Shown: positions 37,492-50,974, counted from the first letter of the whole stretch. The stretch: 63,929 bases of DNA, filler included, from Octopus bimaculoides (GCF_001194135.2; 5 parts of 5 records of this genome joined end to end with filler, not necessarily neighbours in it); one strand, 5' to 3'. A program made the numbers and translations. The notes: generated by a model from the letters alone, not told the origin.

Positions 37492-38265
37492 TACGTATAC
37501 ACAAATACACACACATGTATATGTGTGTGTGTGTGTGTGTATGCATGTATGTACATATGCATATGTATGTATTTGCTTTGGTTGTTTTTTTTATTTTCCA
37601 GAGGGTAATAGAGGTTCTACCTTTGTTTCTCTCTGGTCAGAGACTGAAATACAGCTCCAAGTATTTCCATTTGGTATGCCATTTCGAAATGACTTGTTCT
37701 AGAGAGGAACATGGAGAGTTAGCCTCTTTCAGCATCTCAACTGTTGCTTGTTAGACAGACAGGTGCACACCTGACTTACAATACCTGCTTGTTTTTAGCT
37801 GTCAGCCTCGTATGAATGGATGTAGAAGACCTCATTCAACTAATCACTTGACAGCCGTGTTAACATCTTAACCACATATATGTATGTATGTGTGTGTATA
37901 TACGTATGTATGTATGTTTGTGCATGTGTGTATATGTATGTGTATATTTGTCCGTGTGTGTGTGTATGTATATATTTATAAATAGGTGTGCGTGTATATA
38001 TATGTTTGTATGCATGAATGTATGCATGCATATGCATGTATGTGTGTATATATATATATGTATATTTGTATGTATGTTGCATGTTTGTATGTATATATGC
38101 ATGTTGCATGTAAATGCATACATGTATGCTGTATGCATATATATATATATATATATATATGCATACATCATATATGGATGCATTTACATGTATATATGTA
38201 TGCATATGTATATGTTTATGTATATATATGTATATATATACATATATATATACATACACATATAC

Positions 38266-38308
<43 letters not shown>

Positions 38309-38944
38309 CATACATATATATATAATCATACGTATATATATACATATATATATATATATCTATATATATATATATATATACATACATATATANNNNNNNN
38401 NNNNNNNNNNNNNNNNNNNNNNNNNNNNNNNNNNNNNNNNNNNNNNNNNNNNNNNNNNNNNNNNNNNNNNNNNNNNNNNNNNNNNNNNNNNNNNNNNNNN
38501 NNNNNNNNNNNNNNNNNNNNNNNNNNNNNNNNNNNNNNNNNNNNNNNNNNNNNNNNNNNNNNNNNNNNNNNNNNNNNNNNNNNNNNNNNNNNNNNNNNNN
38601 NNNNNNNNNNNNNNNNNNNNNNNNNNNNNNNNNNNNNNNNNNNNNNNNNNNNNNNNNNNNNNNNNNNNNNNNNNNNNNNNNNNNNNNNNNNNNNNNNNNN
38701 NNNNNNNNNNNNNNNNNNNNNNNNNNNNNNNNNNNNNNNNNNNNNNNNNNNNNNNNNNNNNNNNNNNNNNNNNNNNNNNNNNNNNNNNNNNNNNNNNNNN
38801 NNNNNNNNNNNNNNNNNNNNNNNNNNNNNNNNNNNNNNNNNNNNNNNNNNNNNNNNNNNNNNNNNNNNNNNNNNNNNNNAATAATTAAATTGAAATTGTG
38901 TATTTGATGTTTTCTTAGACTCGTCTTTATTTTCCATCTTTTAT

Positions 38945-39318
38945 CTGTTTCTTGTTTCAATCATTGGACTACGGCCATCCTGGAGCACTGCATTGGAGAA
39001 TTTTTAGTCGAATGAATCAACACCAGTACTCAATTTTTTTTAAAGCCCCTTTCACTGAACTGCTGTGTTATTGGAACATAAACATACCAACACCGGTTGT
39101 CAAGTGGTGGTGGAGGGCAAACACAGATACAAAGACACACACACACATACACATATGATAGGCTTCTTTCAGTTTCCATCTACTAAATCTACTCACAGGG
39201 TTTTGGTAGAAGACATAGAAGAGGCCATAGTAGAAGACTCTTGCCTAGTGCTATACCAGGGGACTGAACCTGGAACCCTGTGGTTGGGAAGCTAACTTCT
39301 TACCACACCACCATGCCT
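38945..39318 (-). mobile_element. SINE family A, diverged
   Basis: Reverse-complement match. Confidence 0.75.
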
Positions 39319-39659
39319 AAGTTTTCTTTTTTTCCCTATCAGTTCTGGGACTAATAAATAAAGTTGTCCTTGGTGAGAGTTGAACTCAGAGCAGTGAGGT
39401 GATGAACTAAACACTGCAAAATTTCAAATGTAGCTGATCATTATTTTAGCTGTATCTGCTTATCTATGACATGGATGGTGGACGTTATGGCATGAGGGGG
39501 AACTGAGAACACTGGTACCAGGTGTTAGAGTAGAAAATAGCAAGGAAAATGATAATGAAGATAATGCATTAATGAAAATGACGTAAGTTGTAATACTAAT
39601 ATGATAAGCTGGTAATAATAGAGCACATTATTGTTACTACTACTACTACTACTAATACT

Positions 39660-39694
<35 letters not shown>

Positions 39695-40003
39695 GGCTAG
39701 CAGAATTGTTCTGGACAAAAGGCTCAGTGGCATTTTTTGGGGGTTTTTTTTATGTTCTGAGTTCAAATTCCACTGATATCGACTTTGCCTTTCAACCTTT
39801 TGGGGGTCTGTAAAATAGCCCCCCTTTTGGGAGTGCTATTTAAGCACCGAGGGCAATATAATTGTGTATCCCCTCTCCCCACAAATTTCAGGCCTTGTAC
39901 CTGTAGAAGAAAAAAATTATTAGTATTATTAAGGTAGAGCACTAACTTTTTTGCGTATTATGATGTGTGGGTAAAGTAGAATTTAATTACATTATGTGAA
40001 AGT

Positions 40004-40312
40004 GTGTGGTTCAGTGGTTCTGGTGTTCAGTTCATAATTGTAAGGTCTTGAGTTCAATTCCTGGTGACATGTTGTGTCCTTGAGCAAGACACTTTATTTC
40101 ACGTTGTTCCAGTCCACTCAGCTGGTAAAAATAGGCTGTACCTGTATTTGAAAGGGCTAGCCTTGTTATATTATTTTATGCTGAATCTCCCTGAGAACTA
40201 CTCTAAGGGTACATGTGTTCGTGGAGTACTCAGCCACATGCGCATTAATTTCATGAGTAGGCTGTTCGGATCAACCGGAACAATCAACATCATAAATGAT
40301 GGAGTGCCAGTC
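40004..40312 (+). mobile_element. tRNA-derived SINE family D
   Basis: A/B-box-like head, GTGTCCTTGAGCAAGACACTTT...CCAGTCCACTCAGCTG core; other copies at 47860-48100 (-) and 63205-63530 (-). Confidence 0.8.
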
Positions 40313-40419
40313 TAAATTACATTAGAATGGCTGTATAAAATGCATTGGAAACAAGAAAGCAAATTTGAAATCAAGCTTTCAACTTTATTGATGTAAACAA
40401 TAAAAGTGCATCATTATCA

Positions 40420-40735
40420 TCATCATCGTCATCATCCTCATTGTTTAACGTCCGTTTTCCATGCTGGCATGGATTGGACGTTTTGACTGGGGACTGGCAA
40501 GCCAGAAGGCCACACCAAGCTCCAATCTGATCTGGCAATGTTTCTACAGCTGGATGCCCTTCCTAATGCCAACCACTCCTAGAGTGTAGTGGATGCTTTT
40601 TATGTGCCACCAGCACAGGAACCAGTCAGGCAGCACTGGCATCAGCCACATTCAGATGGTGCTTTATATGTGCCACTGGCACAGGAGCCAGTCAGGTGGC
40701 ACTGGCATCGGCCAAGTTCAGATGGTGCTTTGCAA
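40420..40735 (-). mobile_element. Family C retro-tail with about 60-bp tandem duplication
   Basis: TATGTGCCAC...AGCCAGTCAGG...CAGATGGTGCTTT occurs twice. Confidence 0.8.
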
Positions 40736-40887
40736 CTATTTCAAAAATCAGAATTAAAAAAAAAAATGACCTGATTATGAAAAGCAATTCATGTGATACA
40801 AGAATAAATAAAATATATTTGATATAAATCTATATTTATGAAGTTCCATCATACATCTAGGCATTTGGTTTTTCTGATATTTTACAG

Positions 40888-41029
40888 GGATATCGTAGAG
40901 GCTTCCCATTTGAAACCACTCGGAAAGGAAGACAAAATCCAAGAGAAATTCAAGCAACCATGGAATACAATTGCTACATCTTGTAATTCTCAACAAGCAG
41001 CAACAACTTGTGAGAAAACAGAGACCCAG
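40888..41029 (+). CDS. CCDC103: CCDC103 coding exon 2
   Basis: TTTACAG|G GAT...; DIVEASHLKPLGKEDKIQEKFKQPWN; donor CAG|GTAAGG; phase 2 to 0, consistent with neighbours. Confidence 0.95.
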
Positions 41030-41766
41030 GTAAGGGTCAATCTGTTCTTACCACTGCTGTTCTCTTCCTCCTCCTCCTTCTCATCATCATTGTTGTTGTC
41101 ATCATCATCATTGTCATTATCATCATCATCATCATTACCAGCAGCAGAACCATTGTCACTGCCGCCACCACCACCACCACATTTGTGAGGGTTCTCGTCA
41201 TTATTGAGTAACCACTTAGCATGGGTCAAATGACTCTCCTGTCTTTGAAGACATGAATTGACCTCTCTGCGCTTCATATGACTTGTATTGAATATCCTTG
41301 TGCAACGCAGTTCTTATAGTCTGCTTTGACACCTGAAGTTCTTTGGTAATGGTTCTTATTGATAACATTTTGAACTCTTTGGATGAACACTGGATCCTTA
41401 TAATACCTGAACATTTAGAATGTTTCTTTTTCTTTGATACAGTCAAAATATTCTTGCCAGAGGCTTCCAATTTTATCCAAACTTTGTTTAGAAAAGATCT
41501 TGCCACGTCTAGAAAGCTAGCTATTTCTAAATTGCTGTTCTGCACATATGGCAACAATGACTGCATGTCTTTTGCTTTCTTGTGTTAGCATTTTATCCGC
41601 CATGGGGGATTTGAAGGAAATAAAAATCTTTTTAGTTGCTTTGAAGAGAGAAGTATACTAATAATTAAATGTTTCCAAATACCCCTTGCACCCTGCATGT
41701 CGGTAATATATTTAAAAACATTTCATTGGGCTTTTAAAAATTATTGAAAAAAATTTTTTTTTTCAG

Positions 41767-42165
41767 GTTCCCATTAAAATACCAAAGACTTCTCATGAAT
41801 TTGTGAGAGAATGGTGCCGCCATAAAAATTCCAAGCAATCCCAATATGAGATGCTAATGCTGATAACAACTGAACAACTGGCTGTTCAATTCAAAACTGA
41901 AATACCCAATGGACTTTTAGGAGAAATATTATGTGTTCTTGAAGAATATTATTCTAAAGAGAACTACTTGGCAATTATTGAAATTCTAGACATTCTCAGT
42001 CAGTCTTCAAGATTTTCCTTATGTCTACAATTTATGAATGCAAATGAACTCAAAGAATGTCATAATTTGTTTAAGAAACTATCCTCTGATATTTCCCAAA
42101 AAGATGATATTGAGTCAAAAGAAAGATTTCAGGTGTTGAAAAAGAAATATTCTATTGATGAATAA
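41767..42165 (+). CDS. CCDC103: CCDC103 coding exon 3 (RPAP3-C-like domain); total CDS 690 nt, 229 aa
   Basis: TTTCAG|GTT; PKTSHEFVREWCRH...GLLGEILCVL...SRFSLCLQFM...TAA. Confidence 0.95.
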   Translation, partial: VPIKIPKTSHEFVREWCRHKNSKQSQYEMLMLITTEQLAVQFKTEIPNGLLGEILCVLEEYYSKENYLAIIEILDILSQSSRFSLCLQFMNANELKECHNLFKKLSSDISQKDDIESKERFQVLKKKYSIDE

Positions 42166-43311
42166 ATTGACCCCACCCTCCACCCGTCAAAAGCACAGTT
42201 CCCAGTGCAGAAACCATTAAATGGTGGAATTATGCATTATCCTATTGTCTTTTGTCTATCCTGAGGAATACATCAGGTTTTCACTTCAATCATTTAGATA
42301 GCAAAGAATATTACTTTACATGGTACACTCACATGTGCAAGATCCATATGGTATAGGTCTTCACCAGATATCAAGTATATGCATAACATACACAATAATA
42401 TTCCACTACTGAAGCACCTTCGCTTTATTGTCAGATCATTTGGTAATGTAGTGGAACTTCCAACATTCTTACTATTACTACCATATTTGATGGCATGAAA
42501 GATAACAGGGGTATATCAGATACACCCTAATTTCAGCAGCGCATATTCAGAAAAAAGAGCATCAGAGACCAAACTAGCTTATGGGAGGCCCACCTTCGGA
42601 TATAGGACACATGATAACTTTTTGCAACATGTTTTTGGAAGGACACATGTGTCTTTTATGTTATAAAATATGGTATCAGCTAAATGAAGTCAGATAAGTA
42701 ATTTTACTTATCTTCTCATCGCTTCAAATTTGCTAATCTTTCATCAGTTATAAAGCTAGACAGAGTTAGTCGTTGAACGTTAAGCATCTTTTCAGGCATT
42801 TTTTTCAGCAGAAGAAATAGGTTTCTTTGAACAGGCCATAAAATAAGCTATTTTCCCATTGGGCTGCAGTCATTGCAAATGATGGTGATTACATTCTTGA
42901 TTAAAACTATTCTGATAAACATAGTTGACATTTGTTTTTGTATCCATTCTCTTAAAACAATTACTTTCCTAACACTCAAATACATATGTATGTATGTATG
43001 TATTTGTGTATGTATGTATGTATGTATGTATGTATACACACACACACTCAATCTGAGCAGAGCAGTGCAAAACAAAAAGACTAGAAATAACTGAATCAGT
43101 TGTCCTGAATGGAGGTGGCAGAAGAGAAGCCACCTGGAGAGAACAGAGGCCATTGTAGTAGTAGTGGAACATTCAGTTTGAGGAGACAATTCATCTACTC
43201 TGAACTGTAATGTATTAATTAATGAAAAATTGGGTAGGAAAATAACAATTATAAAAGTAATAAGAACATCAATAAACAAATATGAAGGTTTTTTTTTTTG
43301 ATAATTATCTT

Positions 43312-43453
43312 TTATTTTTCTTCTTTTTTTTCTTGGAATGGTTCCAAAATTTCAGTTTGATGTTCTTTTAACCAATCACTGAGCATTCTCAAACCAAATT
43401 CTTTTCGAAGCAGATTACGTTGTTTATGACTATTCTTAATGGCATCGTTCATC
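43312..43453 (-). CDS. Uncharacterised 106-aa protein, exon 3 (terminal)
   Basis: Long pyrimidine tract TTTTCTTTCATTATTTTACTTCCAG|G; MNDAIKNSHKQRNLLRKEFGLRMLSDWLKEHQTEILEPFQEKKEEK*. Confidence 0.8.
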
Positions 43454-43599
43454 CTGGAAGTAAAATAATGAAAGAAAAGGAAAAAAGATCAGTAAGGCTT
43501 GAGAAAAGGTGTTCAGAAAAATGGTATTGCCATTGTCAAAATTTTAATATCTACTTTTCCATATTTGTGTGGCTCAGACAGTTGAGGGGTCTTGTCTTG

Positions 43600-43840
43600 T
43601 GGGTACTTGGCAACCCCACTAGTGTTGGTGCCATGAAAAAGCATTCAGTGCATTCTGTGAGGTGGTTACCATTAAAAAGGGCATCCAGCTATAGAAACCG
43701 TTCCAAAGCAGACACTGGATTTCAGCGTAGCTCTGGGGCTCATCTTTACATGTCCAACTCACGCTAGCATGAAAAAGGGACGTTAAATGGTGATGATTAT
43801 AATGATGATGATGATGACGACGATGATGGTGATGACAATG
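43600..43840 (+). mobile_element. Family C retro-tail in the intron of the 106-aa gene
   Basis: AAAAGGGCATCCAGCTATAGAAACC...GGACGTTAAATGGTGATGAT. Confidence 0.8.
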
Positions 43841-44206
43841 ACCTTTCATGTTTTGAGTTTAAAACCCTCACAGATCAACTTTGCTTTTCATCCCTCCTTG
43901 GATGATAAATTAGAAGAGTTGGGATTGTTATAACTGAATTCCTTCTAATGACGTAGCTAATACAGGAATAAGGGATGCAACTGCTCCCCAACCCCCAGGC
44001 ACATTTTTTAAAATTGACCCCATTTCAACAAATTTTTTCCCCTAGTTCTAAGTTTCATACATAATGACATTGTTACTGAAACGTGAAATTAATGAATGCT
44101 GGATACAATTACATATATTATAACGAATGAAATATTTGGGGTAATATAAGGGTAATGGGTTAAAAATTGCTCAGTATTAGTAAAAAAAGTATTTTCTCTG
44201 GTTCAC

Positions 44207-44286
44207 CTTCGAGTTTCAGAAAGAGCCCTTTCAAAGAACTGGTTAATTTTGATGGAATCTATCTGGTCTTTATTCGGGTTTTCTTT
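44207..44286 (-). CDS. Uncharacterised 106-aa protein, exon 2
   Basis: TTTAATATAG|KENPNKDQIDSIKINQFFERALSETR-AG|GTGAAC; phase 0 to 2. Confidence 0.78.
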
Positions 44287-44544
44287 CTATATTAAAGTGA
44301 AACAAAGTAATCTTAAAACAACGGTATATCACGTGAGTTTGAAATTCATAAACTAAGGGCAAACGGGGAGTTATGAGGCTGATGCCTTTCTCGTCTGAGA
44401 ATAACACATTTTATAACTTCTTCATTAAATCACAACAAAGGACCGTCAGCTACAGGGGATGAATTTAATATTTCAATAAAGCATCCTAGAAACTAATGAA
44501 ATTATAACAGAAGATAAAGGGGAAGTAGACGGCCAAATTCTCAC

Positions 44545-44643
44545 CTGCTGACGATAGAACTCGTTTCGGATGAACGCCTCTAAACTGCTGTCATAATTAA
44601 ACATTATACCCTTTGATTCGGTCACGTTGTTGTCTTGATTCAT
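44545..44643 (-). CDS. Uncharacterised 106-aa protein, exon 1
   Basis: AAAAATG; MNQDNNVTESKGIMFNYDSSLEAFIRNEFYRQQ; donor CAG|GTGAGA, phase 0. Confidence 0.78.
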
Positions 44644-45309
44644 TTTTAAAAAAAAGAACTCAAGATTTTAAGTAGATTATTTTTACTATGATCAGCAATT
44701 AATTTGTTTACTACTCTGAGCCTACATAGAAATCTGTTGTTAAGTAAGTGATGATTTATAGCCGAACTTTCGTATATCAATAAGCAACAACTTTATAAGC
44801 AGAAAAGGATAGCTCCAACATGTGCGATTCCTCGACAGCATATGAATTTATCGAAATAAATGATAATAATTGATCATAAAAGTTTATTTGATGAAAATTA
44901 ATAAAAGAATAAGCGAAAAAACTTTAAAAAAAAGAAATCACATTACTTCAAGTTGTAATTACGAATAAAAAAATTGAAAAGATATAATTTCATTACGTCA
45001 CTAAATATTATTAATGTTGAAAACGTCCTTGCTTAGGAGAATAATTTACTATCTGTTTCAATACTTAGAGCATTTCGAATTTAAATACGTCAACATTTGG
45101 TACGTTATACAAAATGATTTACATCCTTAGAAATTAAAAATTTCAATTACGCAGTCCTAGTTTACAATTTTATATACATAAAATAAATCACGCTGGCTTT
45201 CTGCTGGTGATTATGAGTTTATAGAATAAGTTATTTAGACAGTAAAGATATTATTTTCAATCTTTTTTCTCAAGTATCTATCAGCATATCTTAATATGTG
45301 AAGACTCAT

Positions 45310-45730
45310 TCAGGTGACGAGCTGGCAGAAACGTTAGCACGCTTGGTGAAATGCTTACTGGTATTTCGTCTGTCTTTACGTTCTGAATTCAAATTCCGTC
45401 GAGGTCGACTTTGCCTTTTATCCTTTCGGGGTCGATAAATTAAGTAACAGTTACGCACTGGGGTCGATGTAATCGACTTAATTTCTTTGTCTGTCTTTGT
45501 TAGTCCCCTTATGGGCAATAAAGAAATAAGAAACGTAAATACTCTGGGCGAAATGTTAGTGGCATTTCGTCTGTCTTTACGTTCTTAGTTCAAATTCCGC
45601 CGAGGTCGACTTGGCTTTCATCCTTTCGGGGATCGATAAATTAAGTACCAGCTGCATACTGAGGTCGATCTAATCGACTTCCCCTCCCCCAAAATTTCGG
45701 GCCTCGTGTCTAGAATAGAAAAGAATATTT
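45310..45730 (+). mobile_element. Dimeric SINE family B
   Basis: Same monomer-linker-monomer layout as 4628-5040. Confidence 0.88.
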
Positions 45731-46309
45731 GAAAACTCAACTTTTGAAACCTAATCAAGTTAGACAACTTCGGGTTTCACAGACAAGGGACGTAACTCTT
45801 GACCATAACACTTATGAATCTCTTGAATATTTCTTCATGTGAGGGTTGCGAGCTAGCAGAATCGTTAGCAGACCGGACAAGATGCTTTGCAGCATTTCTT
45901 CTGGCTTTTTATATTCAAAGCTCAGATTCTGCCGAGGCCGACTTTGCTTTTCAACCTTTCGGAGTCGATAAAATAACTAGCAGATAAGCTCTTCAGTCGA
46001 TATAATGAACATGTCCCTTCCCATCAAAATATCAGATTACGTGCCTACAGTAACTGTCTTTTAAAGGGAAATTGCTTACGCTATAATGTCGTGTATAATT
46101 ATACCTTACTCCCGCACGGACCCACTCCGCGAGAATTTACGTTCGTTGCACGATTGATATCATGTGTCGTTGTCTTGCATATTTGACCTCTTTCTCAAGT
46201 ACTGGTAGAAAGTAATCTTACTCTCTCGCCACCCACGCCCACCACCTCAAAGCTGAGGGTGTCCTCCATAACATTTTTTACTTCATAATTCGTGGTGAAT
46301 TCCTTGCAC

Positions 46310-46525
46310 GAGAAACCGACGCCCTTTCAAATTGTTTCCATTTTTGAACTTGGCATACCAATTACGAGCGGTTCTTTCAGCTATGGCACCAATGTCGTGA
46401 GCAGCTTTTGCGGCCTTAGAACCTTGATTAAAAGCAAAAAGAAGGTGTCGAAAATGCTCGTTTTTCTTAACTTGACATTCCATTTTAATGATCTGAAAAT
46501 AAACAAAAATTAACTAAAATTAACT
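46310..46525 (-). mobile_element. Mariner (Mos1-like) transposase N-terminal HTH remnant
   Basis: MECQVKKNEHFRHLLFAFNQGSKAAKAAHDI...ERTARNWYAKFKNGN. Confidence 0.85.
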
Positions 46526-46880
46526 NNNNNNNNNNNNNNNNNNNNNNNNNNNNNNNNNNNNNNNNNNNNNNNNNNNNNNNNNNNNNNNNNNNNNNNNNNN
46601 NNNNNNNNNNNNNNNNNNNNNNNNNNNNNNNNNNNNNNNNCTTTTCCCTTTAAATTTTTAGTCAATTAACTTTCTGTAATTAACTTTCTGTAATACATGT
46701 CCTGTGCATTTTCTATTTTTTTATAATGATTTTTATCCGGTGTTTTTTTTTTACATTTGAAAGCCATGTAATGAAGTGTAGACGCGTCGACATATAAAGT
46801 TCGTTAACCTGAATTCAATATTTGTTCTTCACACACACATGTATATGTATATGCATATGTGTGTGTATGTATGTGTGTGT

Positions 46881-46916
<36 letters not shown>

Positions 46917-47150
46917 GTGTGTGTGTGTGTGTTGGTACTCTACTACCGCCTGACAACCGATGTTAGTGTGCTTAAGTCTCTGTATATTAGAGGTTCGGCA
47001 AAAGCAGTACGATACAATAAGTACTCGTTTATTTTTTTTTTTAATCAGTGAACGATTCATTTGGCTAAAAAATATTTCAATGCAGTGCCCCAGCATGGCC
47101 GCTGTCTAATGATCGAAACAAGTAAACGAATGAAAGAATTCATACATGTA

Positions 47151-47248
47151 CAGTGATCCCTCGACTAACGCGGGTGTTACGTTCCAACCCCCCACCACCA
47201 CGTGAGAGGTGAAAATCCGCGAAGTCAAAACAGTACTGTTTCTGAATA

Positions 47249-47329
<81 letters not shown>

Positions 47330-47471
47330 CATTATTATCATTATTATTATTATTATTATTTGTATATATTTATTTCTTTCTTATAAATGCAAAACAACAC
47401 CACGGAGAAATCAACGTAAGCTTAAATAATAAGCCGCGATAGGTTAACCGCGATATGGCGAGGCATTACTG
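47151..47471. mobile_element. Tigger/pogo-type MITE with internal (ATT)n
   Basis: TA TSD; TIR CAGTGATCCCTCG vs CAGTAATGCCTCG. Confidence 0.8.
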
Positions 47472-49040
47472 TACATCCATTATGCCTTGTGATCTATGTA
47501 ATCAATAACTCATTGAAGTGTGTAACGATAAATAAAAAAAATCAATGACAATTGCTTTTAAGGTAATGGAGAATATTGACTTGTCCATGAACGAAATGGA
47601 AAGCCGCGGCGAAAACAAATCGTGTCCAGTCTGGTTAGTATAGACGTAATATATAAATCGAAATACATTTTAAGAAACCACGAAAATCGATCTGGAATTA
47701 ATCAAGCGATAAACATTGCTTTATCGCACGTAAAAGTGAAAATAGAAATATCATCTCGCGACCGTCCTTGAAATTCAATTGAGGAACGTTAGGTTCAAAA
47801 ATAAGAGAGTGGAATTAAAGGAGAAAAAGTTCTCATTTACTGTTAAGGAATTTAACTGTTGATGTTGTTGGCACTCCGTCGCTTACGACGTCGAGGGTTC
47901 CAGTTGATCCGATCATCGGAACAGCCTGCTCGTGAAATTAACGTGCAAGTGGCTGAGCACTCCACAGACACGTGTACCCTTAACGTAGTTCTCGGGGATA
48001 TTCAGCGTGACACTGTGACAAGGCTGACCCTTTGAATTACAGGCACAACAAAAACAGGAAGTAAGAGTGAGAGAAAGTTGTGGTGAAAGAGTACAGCCTC
48101 TTCAAGGTTATGCCCCAGCATGGCCGCAGTATAATTGCTAAAACTAGCAAAAGATAAAAGACTGAAGATAATTGTAATTTATTTCATCAAGACGTATGAG
48201 GAAACAAAATCAAGATTCGTGAATAACCCTTCCTATCCACTATCCTTCATTAAATTCCACTGAAATGTATTTGCAGAAAAATCTATTAAGAAATATCAGT
48301 TTTTCAGAAAGTTATAAAGAAACAAAATCCGGTTTTGGAGAGAGGGAACATTCTATAATTATGTCGCCGAACTGTGCATGTGTGGACACGGTTGAAATTA
48401 CAACGGATAAGCAAGATTTACTTAGAATATCTATAAGATCAGAATTACACATTGTTTGTTATACTGGTTATTTGTGCGTGACGTGAGACCGATTACCATA
48501 CACACACATAGAATACAGACGGTGAACAACTGACTACTTGTTAAGTGGCTTTTAAGTTGTATATAAGACGTTTCTAAACAAACAAACATTAATTTCTGAC
48601 ATGCTCATATGGTTTCACAGCTAATTGCATATTGATTGTTTTTGATTTTCGATATACAGGGTGATTCAAAAGTCACCACACATAAGAACAATTGATTTTT
48701 TTTTTTTATAAGAAACACTTTTTATTTTTTATTTAACTGTTTCTTATAAAAAGTGTGTGTGTGTAGGTTTATATATGTATGCATATATATTTATATGTAT
48801 TTATTTGTGTGTCTGTGTTTGTCCCCTCTACCATCGTTTGACAACCGATGCTGGTGTGTTTACATCCCCGTAACTTAGCGGTTCGGCAAAGAGACCGATA
48901 GAATAAGTACTACGCTTACAAAGAATAAGTCTTGGGGTCAATTTCTTCGACTCAAGGCGGAGCTCCAGCATGGCCGCAATCAAACGACGGCAACAAATAA
49001 AAGAGTAAAAGAGTACATATATATATAAAAGAGTAAAAGA

Positions 49041-49084
<44 letters not shown>

Positions 49085-49575
49085 TATATACATGCATATA
49101 TACATACGTATATGTACATACGTGTATACGTATGTACATATACAAATGTGAGTACAGGACGTCACAGAACGTAAACAACAAAACATACAAAGTACGAAGA
49201 CATGGAATATGAACATTTTTTGCGAACAACGAAAGAAACAAATGGAAAACAAGACAAACAACACAAAGAACGACCCTTCATCAGTTGTCGGCTGTTTTTC
49301 TAATCCGTATTTCACACACACACACACATACACACATAAACACACACACGTAAACACAAACATATACGTATGTAAGTGAGCATGTGTGCGTACATGTTTG
49401 TGCATTTGTGTGTGCGTGCCTGTTCGTGCGTGTGCGCGGGCGTTTAAGATCTAGTGTTTAACGCGAAACCTCGCTGTAACTTCCTTGTCGTTCACGACTT
49501 ACTAGTTTATTGATACATAGCTACAAGGATAACAACATCGCCAACAACATCATCATCGATCATCAAAAAGAATAG

Positions 49576-49610
49576 TATAAATTCTCTGGATTATCTGAAA
49601 CATTTCATTG
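49576..49610 (+). promoter_or_regulatory. TATA box plus initiator of the PAN-domain gene
   Basis: TATAAAT at 49576 and TCATT with its A at 49607 (-31 spacing). Confidence 0.6.
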
Positions 49611-49702
49611 TCATCTTAATTGAACGAAAAGTTGCAGAAAGACTTGAAAAGAACAGCACTAAGAAGACTTTACACTATACTTGCGTGAACATAAGTAGTC
49701 AG
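49607..49702 (+). other. Non-coding first exon of the PAN-domain gene
   Basis: No ATG; donor CAG|GTGAGA. Confidence 0.55.
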
Positions 49703-49729
49703 GTGAGAAATGATATATTTATTATTTTA

Positions 49730-50135
49730 AGGCGGCTTTCCTCTGTCTTTATGTTCTGAGTTCAAATTCTGCTGAGGTCGACTTTGCCTTTCATCCTCTC
49801 GGGGTTGATAAATTCAACACCAGTTGCATACTGGTGTCGATCTAATCGACTGGTCCTCTCCCCTAAAATTTCGGGCCTTGTGCCAAGAGTGGAAAAGATT
49901 ATTCTAAGGCGGTGAGCTGGCAGAAACGTTAGGACGCCGCGCGAAATGATTAGCGGTATTTCGTCTGTCTTTACGTTCTGAGTTCAAATTCCGCTGAGGT
50001 CGACTTTGCCTTTCATCCTTTCGGGGGTTGATAAATTAAGTAACAGTTACGCACTGGGGTCGATCTAATCGACTGGCCCTCTCCCCTAAAATTTCGGGCC
50101 TTGTACCAAGAGTGGAAAAGATTATTCTAAGGCGG
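49730..50135 (+). mobile_element. Tandem SINE family B copies in intron 1
   Basis: Two near-identical monomers head-to-tail plus the start of a third. Confidence 0.88.
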
Positions 50136-50463
50136 CGAGCCACTTGCACGTTAATTTCACAGGATCGAAATTTGTCTAAAGGGCCCAAACCCAGTTTTTC
50201 AGGAGGATGTTCAAGGCATTTCATTATCTCACCTATCGCCCCCCCCCCCANNNNNNNNNNNNNNNNNNNNNNNNNNNNNNNNNNNNNNNNNNNNNNNNNN
50301 NNNNNNNNNNNNNNNNNNNNNNNNNNNNNNNNNNNNNNNNNNNNNNNNNNNNNNNNNNNNNNNNNNNNNNNCAAAAAAAAAACAAAAACCTTTAGTGGAA
50401 CCATTTGCACCCCTGCATCACCACTTCCCTAGCCAAATGTATTTATTTTTACTCTTTACAGAT

Positions 50464-50806
50464 ATGGAAATATCGTCATCTTATACAGGCAGGAAGTTAT
50501 CTCCTAAATTTATCAAAGAATCATTGATACTTGTTATTATTGCAATGCAGTTTCTAGGAAATACAGAGTCGGCCGTGACAGCTGCTTATAGGAAACTACC
50601 CCAAAGTAAGAACTTTAAAAGTGATGTAAACACTTATCCTGTTCTACTCGTCGAAGATCTAGCCCATTGTGCCATGCATTGTAACTATGAGTGCGATTGC
50701 GCATTCTTTAAGTATGCGGAGAGAGACTGTAAAATGTTTCACACCTGGAAAGACAAGGTCTATATTGAAGACAAAAGTGGAAGCTCATCTTATTATTTAG
50801 TTGAAG
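50464..50806 (+). CDS. Small secreted PAN/apple-domain protein, main coding exon
   Basis: TTTACAG|AT ATG; hydrophobic SLILVIIAMQFLGNTESA; HCAMHCNYECDCAFFKYAERDCKMF (PAN C-x3-C...C-x2-F-x-Y...C); donor GAAG|GTAAGA, phase 1. Confidence 0.8.
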
Positions 50807-50974
50807 GTAAGACACAAAGTAATACATTATACTTATTTTAATTAACATTTTCAGTTGATTTACGGATAGCGATAAAAATATTAAGCTATAGAGCTCTATA
50901 TCTACGCGCAGAAAGAAGATACTGAAACCAGTTTGTGAATTTCGTCCGTAGTCAAGAGTATAATAATAACCGTT

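Noticed and set aside
32186-38960. Long ORFs of 200-416 aa in the track
   Set aside because: Artefacts of N gaps and (TA/TG/CT)n repeats
42350-42500. Minus-strand open frame ending at CAT|GTGAGT
   Set aside because: No adequate acceptor, and an upstream in-frame stop; likely 3' UTR or intergenic
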